DNA of 53,153 bases, the filler included, from Squatina squatina (taxonomy: Eukaryota), in assembly GCA_031763465.1 (NCBI GenBank). It is 3 parts of 3 records of this genome, joined end to end, with 100 filler letters (N's around TTAATTAATTAA, not from the genome) between each part and the next. Parts side by side here need not be neighbours in the genome. Positions count along the whole stretch, not along the records: positions 37,133 to 53,153 come from JARFOE010000120.1; 2 more parts are not named here. One strand, given 5' to 3'. Positions 48,821-53,153 of this stretch are shown here, in pieces; position 1 is the first letter of the stretch; every line of letters begins with the position of its first letter. The notes under the pieces are model-generated. The model was not told the origin of the DNA and ran no database searches. It saw only the letters and a program-made list of their open reading frames with translations. The position numbers and the translations under genes are program-made.

Positions 48821-51252
48821 NNNNNNNNNNNNNNNNNNNNNNNNNNNNNNNNNNNNNNNNNNNNNNNNNNNNNNNNNNNNNNNNNNNNNNNNNNNNNNNN
48901 NNNNNNNNNNNNNNNNNNNNTCTTAAGATGCTGCAAATTGAAAGAACACGTGTACAGGGACAGACATTTGCACACTCAGGTTGCTAACCAGGATGTCAGT
49001 AAGTGATTGTGCAATGTGTTGTTCAACAAAAATGTGAGAATTTGCAGCCTTTTAAGATGAGTGTGGCAAGATTTTTAATTTTCTGTGCTACTAAAAAATG
49101 GGTATATGAGATGCAATGAAAGAGCTGTAAAGTTGTATGAGGGCTTGACATATGTGAATTAGTCAACATTGTGGCATACAATCTGAGATATATGGTACTC
49201 TTGGGTAGCCTTTACTTGGTCGATTCCTTTAAGTGTGCCACCTTCTTGCGCATGAGTTCCCAGGTCCTGCAGATAGTGCACAGCGTTGAGTGTGGCTAAA
49301 ATCTTCTGCCAGGAATGGTATACTGCTATCCTCTGGGGAGGGTGGCCTGAAGTTCCAAATAGGGTAACCCTTTAACGTACCCACCTTGTGTAGCTCCATG
49401 TCCATTTGGCCATCCATCAAACAATGTGTCGGGTACTGTACCACTTTGTCGCTTGCCCATGGGATCAGTTTTGTGCCTCCAAATTGGCCCTAATCTGTCC
49501 AATAATGGCAGCTGCACTCAATGGTTGTACTCACTGCTTGTGGGCAGCATTTGCATTGTTTCTGCATTTCTTCAGTACTCCATCGCACTGCTGTTGCAGT
49601 CTTGGAAAACAGATTGAGAAAATCATTGGTCATTTGGGAAAAATCTCCAGTGTGTCTTGTGACCATTAAGCAATTTAGTTGAATACTGCTGCATATACAG
49701 GGGAATTGTACATTCACTGAGAGGCTCTTCCTTTTACAGTAGATGGCTGCTTATAGTTTTTCTTTGCTAAGCATCATTAAATGTTCAATAATTCACCATA
49801 GTTTAACCGGAAATATTGATATTATTTACATATTTGTGCAAAATATTTATTTTACATGCTACAACAAAACATAATTTTGTTTAAGGCAGAATTCACTGTA
49901 GTGCAATATCTAATTTATTTTCTGTAGTGCACACCGGTTGTTTATCGTGTGAGCAATTTGCAGCTTTTCATTTTGAAATATGCGGGGAATTAATAATGTT
50001 TCTATCGACTAAAAAATGCTACTGACGCTAATGGCGGATGAATTCTTATAACGTTCATCTGTTATTTCTAGTAGATGTGTTGATCTGTTTTAACAGTTGA
50101 GATTTATTCGCTAATATCTCTCTTTGGATAACTAACACTATTTTCTTCTCAATGAGCATACTGCAAGACATAGTAACAGTGAATTTATTTTAAGAAGTTG
50201 CGCATTGCTGGTGGTGTACATGTTCAATCCATTTTACTGCAAGTGAAGCTTCATTAAAGTAATAATTGCTGTTTGAATATTAAACTCTTGACATTTTTGC
50301 AGTGTGCTGTGACTTCCGAGTCCTGTTTACGTGATGAAGTCTGCTCTCAGTGATTCTCTCTTGCTACAGACATAGCCCCAGGCCCCACAGGTGCAACACT
50401 GCGGCTGTTGGTGTAGCTATAACTCATTCCTGGCAGGTTTAATTTTCTACTAATGAAGTCAGTCCCAATCTAAACAAGACTGGCGAGTAAAGGGTGAATT
50501 CTGGGGTACGTTAGATTATATTTCACCGCTGTTGGGAATCTTGACTGGCTAGTGAGAGATAGCTTCAGTTCCTTGCATTGTTATAGCCAGGTTGAAAGTT
50601 GACAAAACTCATCAGCACTTCTCCAGGAATGGAATCCATCATAGCGGAGATACGAGGCAGATGTAGGACACCCAATAAAGGTGTGAAAATTCCAAACGCA
50701 AGGAGTTAATCAGATTACAGGAAGGCGCATTCACTTTTAAACAGTGTTGCTGTGAAGCACTCCAAACAGCTCATTGAACACCTGCTGATCTCACTGGAGG
50801 CTGCTTCAGTCGCACCTACTTTCTGTTGTCAGATCTTATATTGGAGGTGGATTTCCCATCCCCCCTCTCCAGTGGATCTTTGGCCGGCTGTCCATTTTGA
50901 AGGCCGGGCATCATTAGCATTGGACTGATGAGCTGTAGCCAGGACAGCGCACTNNNNNNNNNNNNNNNNNNNNNNNNNNNNNNNNNNNNNNNNNNNNNNN
51001 NNNNNNNNNNNNNNNNNNNNNNNNNNNNNNNNNNNNNNNNNNNNNNNNNNNNNAGAACAGAGAAATAACAATCAATTGGATAATTAGTAACTAGCTGTGG
51101 CACGCCTGATGCAGCTTTCCGTCACACGTTGCACAGAATGGGCTGCACAAGATCAGGAGTAACCTGGGATGGAACAGCATTATCCAGTTTTTTTTTCGTT
51201 AAAGAGGAGCGAGCAAATGGGAGGAGAGGGAGAAAAAAAAAAGGGTCCTTAC

Positions 51253-51683
51253 TGTAGCAGCTGTTCCACTATTGCCCTTTGCTGGGCCGCTTCTTCGGGG
51301 CTGAGGTTGTCCAGTTCCTGCAGGATCGCCGGGGTATCGTAGTCCTCGTCGCCGTCCTCCGAGCTCTCGTCGCCGGACAGTTTGTCGGGGTGCTGGCCGT
51401 TCTCGGAGGNNNNNNNNNNAACATGAGGCACACCTCCCATTCCTAGCTTCACTTCACCCCCTTGGAGGAGACGGTGCTGGCCGTTCTCGGAGGGCGCCAG
51501 CTGTTCGGCTTTGGAGTCATGGCTGGGTAGGATGCTGATCGTCGGACCCCGGGCTTCGTCCGCCTTGGCGGGCTGATAAGAGCCGAGTTCGTGGAGAGCT
51601 TCGACCAGGGTCTGCTTGTTGATCCCAGAGCCCAGCAGTGCATTCACCAGCTCCTGCTGCAGAGGTGTTAATTTGGTCACCAT
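51253..51683 (-). CDS. HNF1A: HNF1A coding exon 1 (dimerisation domain, linker, start of POU-specific domain); contains a 10-N gap
   Basis: [30 protein letters not shown]...[42 protein letters not shown]; donor CA|gtaagg at 51252. Confidence 0.93.
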
Positions 51684-51984
51684 CTCCCCACACAAACAAA
51701 GTTGTAGCTAATCCACCTTGCCCCCCAGATTTCTTTTCCACTCCAGTGTATTTAACCCTCGTCATAACAAGGTCTCCCTGATGTTATTGAACTTTCCTCC
51801 ACATGGTCCAACAAGCTAAAATGGAAACACACTTCCAAAAACCAGCAAATCACCAAAAAACCCTATTTTCCACACCAGAAAGTGGCCTGCTTTGGTCATC
51901 ATAAACGTAGCCTCGCTCATCTGTTTACATTCGAACTGGGCACATTTTCCAGGGTTCACATTTATCCATCCGCTCCTGCAGCCA
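51684..51984 (-). promoter_or_regulatory. HNF1A 5' UTR and proximal promoter region
   Basis: Contiguous upstream of the ATG. Forkhead-type TGTTTAC at 51922-51928 and nuclear-receptor half-site AAAGTTCA (minus strand, 51788-51795); motif matches only. Confidence 0.45.
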
Positions 51985-53153
51985 NNNNNNNNNNNNNNNN
52001 NNNNNNNNNNNNNNNNNNNNNNNNNNNNNNNNNNNNNNNNNNNNNNNNNNNNNNNNNNNNNNNNNNNNNNNNNNNNNNNNNNNNTGGCTGAAATTGCTAA
52101 TGGAGTGGGTATCCTCAAAAAAATGTCTACAAGGGCCTGTACTAACTTTAATCGAATAGTTAAATCGAATAATCTTTTGTGACCAGCTGCTGAAGAAACT
52201 CCCCTATTGCTGGGAACATGAAAGTCCAAAGCCGCGCAGAGCATGCATTTAATGAGTGGCCCCACTGCATGCCTGGAATCCATCTTCTCAAGTGCTGGTG
52301 GATGTGATAAATGGTATGAATCCTGTACAAGAGCAGCACTGCAGGAGTTGCAAGAACTGTAGAAAAATCTCTAGTTGTAAAAGTTAAAAGTTGCCTTAAT
52401 ATTCTGCATCAATCCAGTCGTTTTCAGAATGCCAGTGATGGAGCATTTTTCGTGCTTGTGAAACTCCCATGCAGTGTTGGGAGGAAAGCGCCCTTTCAGC
52501 AGCTAATCCTTTTAGGTTGTTTTAGGGAATGAAAGTTTAATTTTTTACTCTCCTACTCTTTCTAGTACAAGTGATACAGTATCAAGTAGCTTTAGGCCAC
52601 AGTTTTGCTCTGTCTGAACAATGATCTTATGAAGTTTTCATTTTTTCTCCCCCACCCCCAAGGTCTCTGAATATGGACTTTGAGAACCAGGATAAAGAGA
52701 AAGATGGGACTCCTTCATCTGGCACTTTCAATGCAAACAATACCAACAATAGTAAGTAGAAAATGAGACTTGAACATAATCTGGTATTGTTTCTCTCCAT
52801 GACGAGGAAAAATACTTTTTTTTTCTTGAGATATTTTAAAGTTTTTTGACTCGTGGAGTGATACAAAAGAACAATTGCATACTGCCATGGCACGTGGCAC
52901 ACCTATAGGCTGAGCTCAGTTCCACCGAGTCCCAAATGTACATCATGCTATACAGGGAGTTGCTGAACAGGGATATTTCCCGTGAGGCTGCTGAAATCTG
53001 CAATGGTTACTGTTCGCCTTCTTGGTATTGTGTGGCAGCATAGTAACCATCCTGCTCTGAGACACACGACTTCTGTGACTAAGGTACCTGTGAGAGGAGT
53101 AAGGGGTGCATGCCTATGTAGATAGGTGAGTGAATAGCTTCAGATCTCTGGAG

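Noticed and set aside
50925-50953. CTGATGA-GCTGT-loop-ACAGC as a hammerhead ribozyme in HNF1A intron 1
   Set aside because: The required GAAA box reads GCAC and the sequence is cut by a gap; stems I and III cannot be shown.
47862-51683. HNF1B assignment
   Set aside because: The N-terminus is ambiguous, but ECIQ/FRHK, exon 7 and the terminal IETF...QMAS exon are HNF1A-type.

Overview
This is eukaryotic vertebrate genomic DNA, most likely from a cartilaginous fish (shark); that assignment is inferred from the repeat landscape of Deu-domain SINEs, CR1/L2 LINEs, Penelope/MER6-like palindromes and Harbinger elements. It is not one continuous locus. Two artificial 100-nt spacers (N44-TTAATTAATTAA-N44 at 20660-20759 and 37033-37132) join three scaffolds, each made of short contigs separated mostly by 100-N gaps. 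Scaffold A (1-20659) holds three exons of C18orf21/RMP24 and a probable non-coding first exon of an unidentified gene. Scaffold B (20760-37032) holds isolated exons of a talin (TLN1/2), AFG2A/SPATA5 (exon 1) and an EYS-type EGF exon, plus decayed Harbinger transposases. Scaffold C (37133-53153) holds HNF1A exons 1, 4, 7 and 10 followed by two SLC35E4 exons, all on the minus strand, with a 23-bp satellite in an HNF1A intron. Gene names come from recalled similarity to vertebrate proteins plus GT/AG boundaries and need alignment checks. I found no support for a new multi-gene system. The best leads are a frame-symmetric EYS exon apparently missing from human EYS, hammerhead-like cores in palindromic retroelement fragments, a higher-order satellite abutting an HNF1A splice donor, and a promoter-like element antisense within a talin intron.
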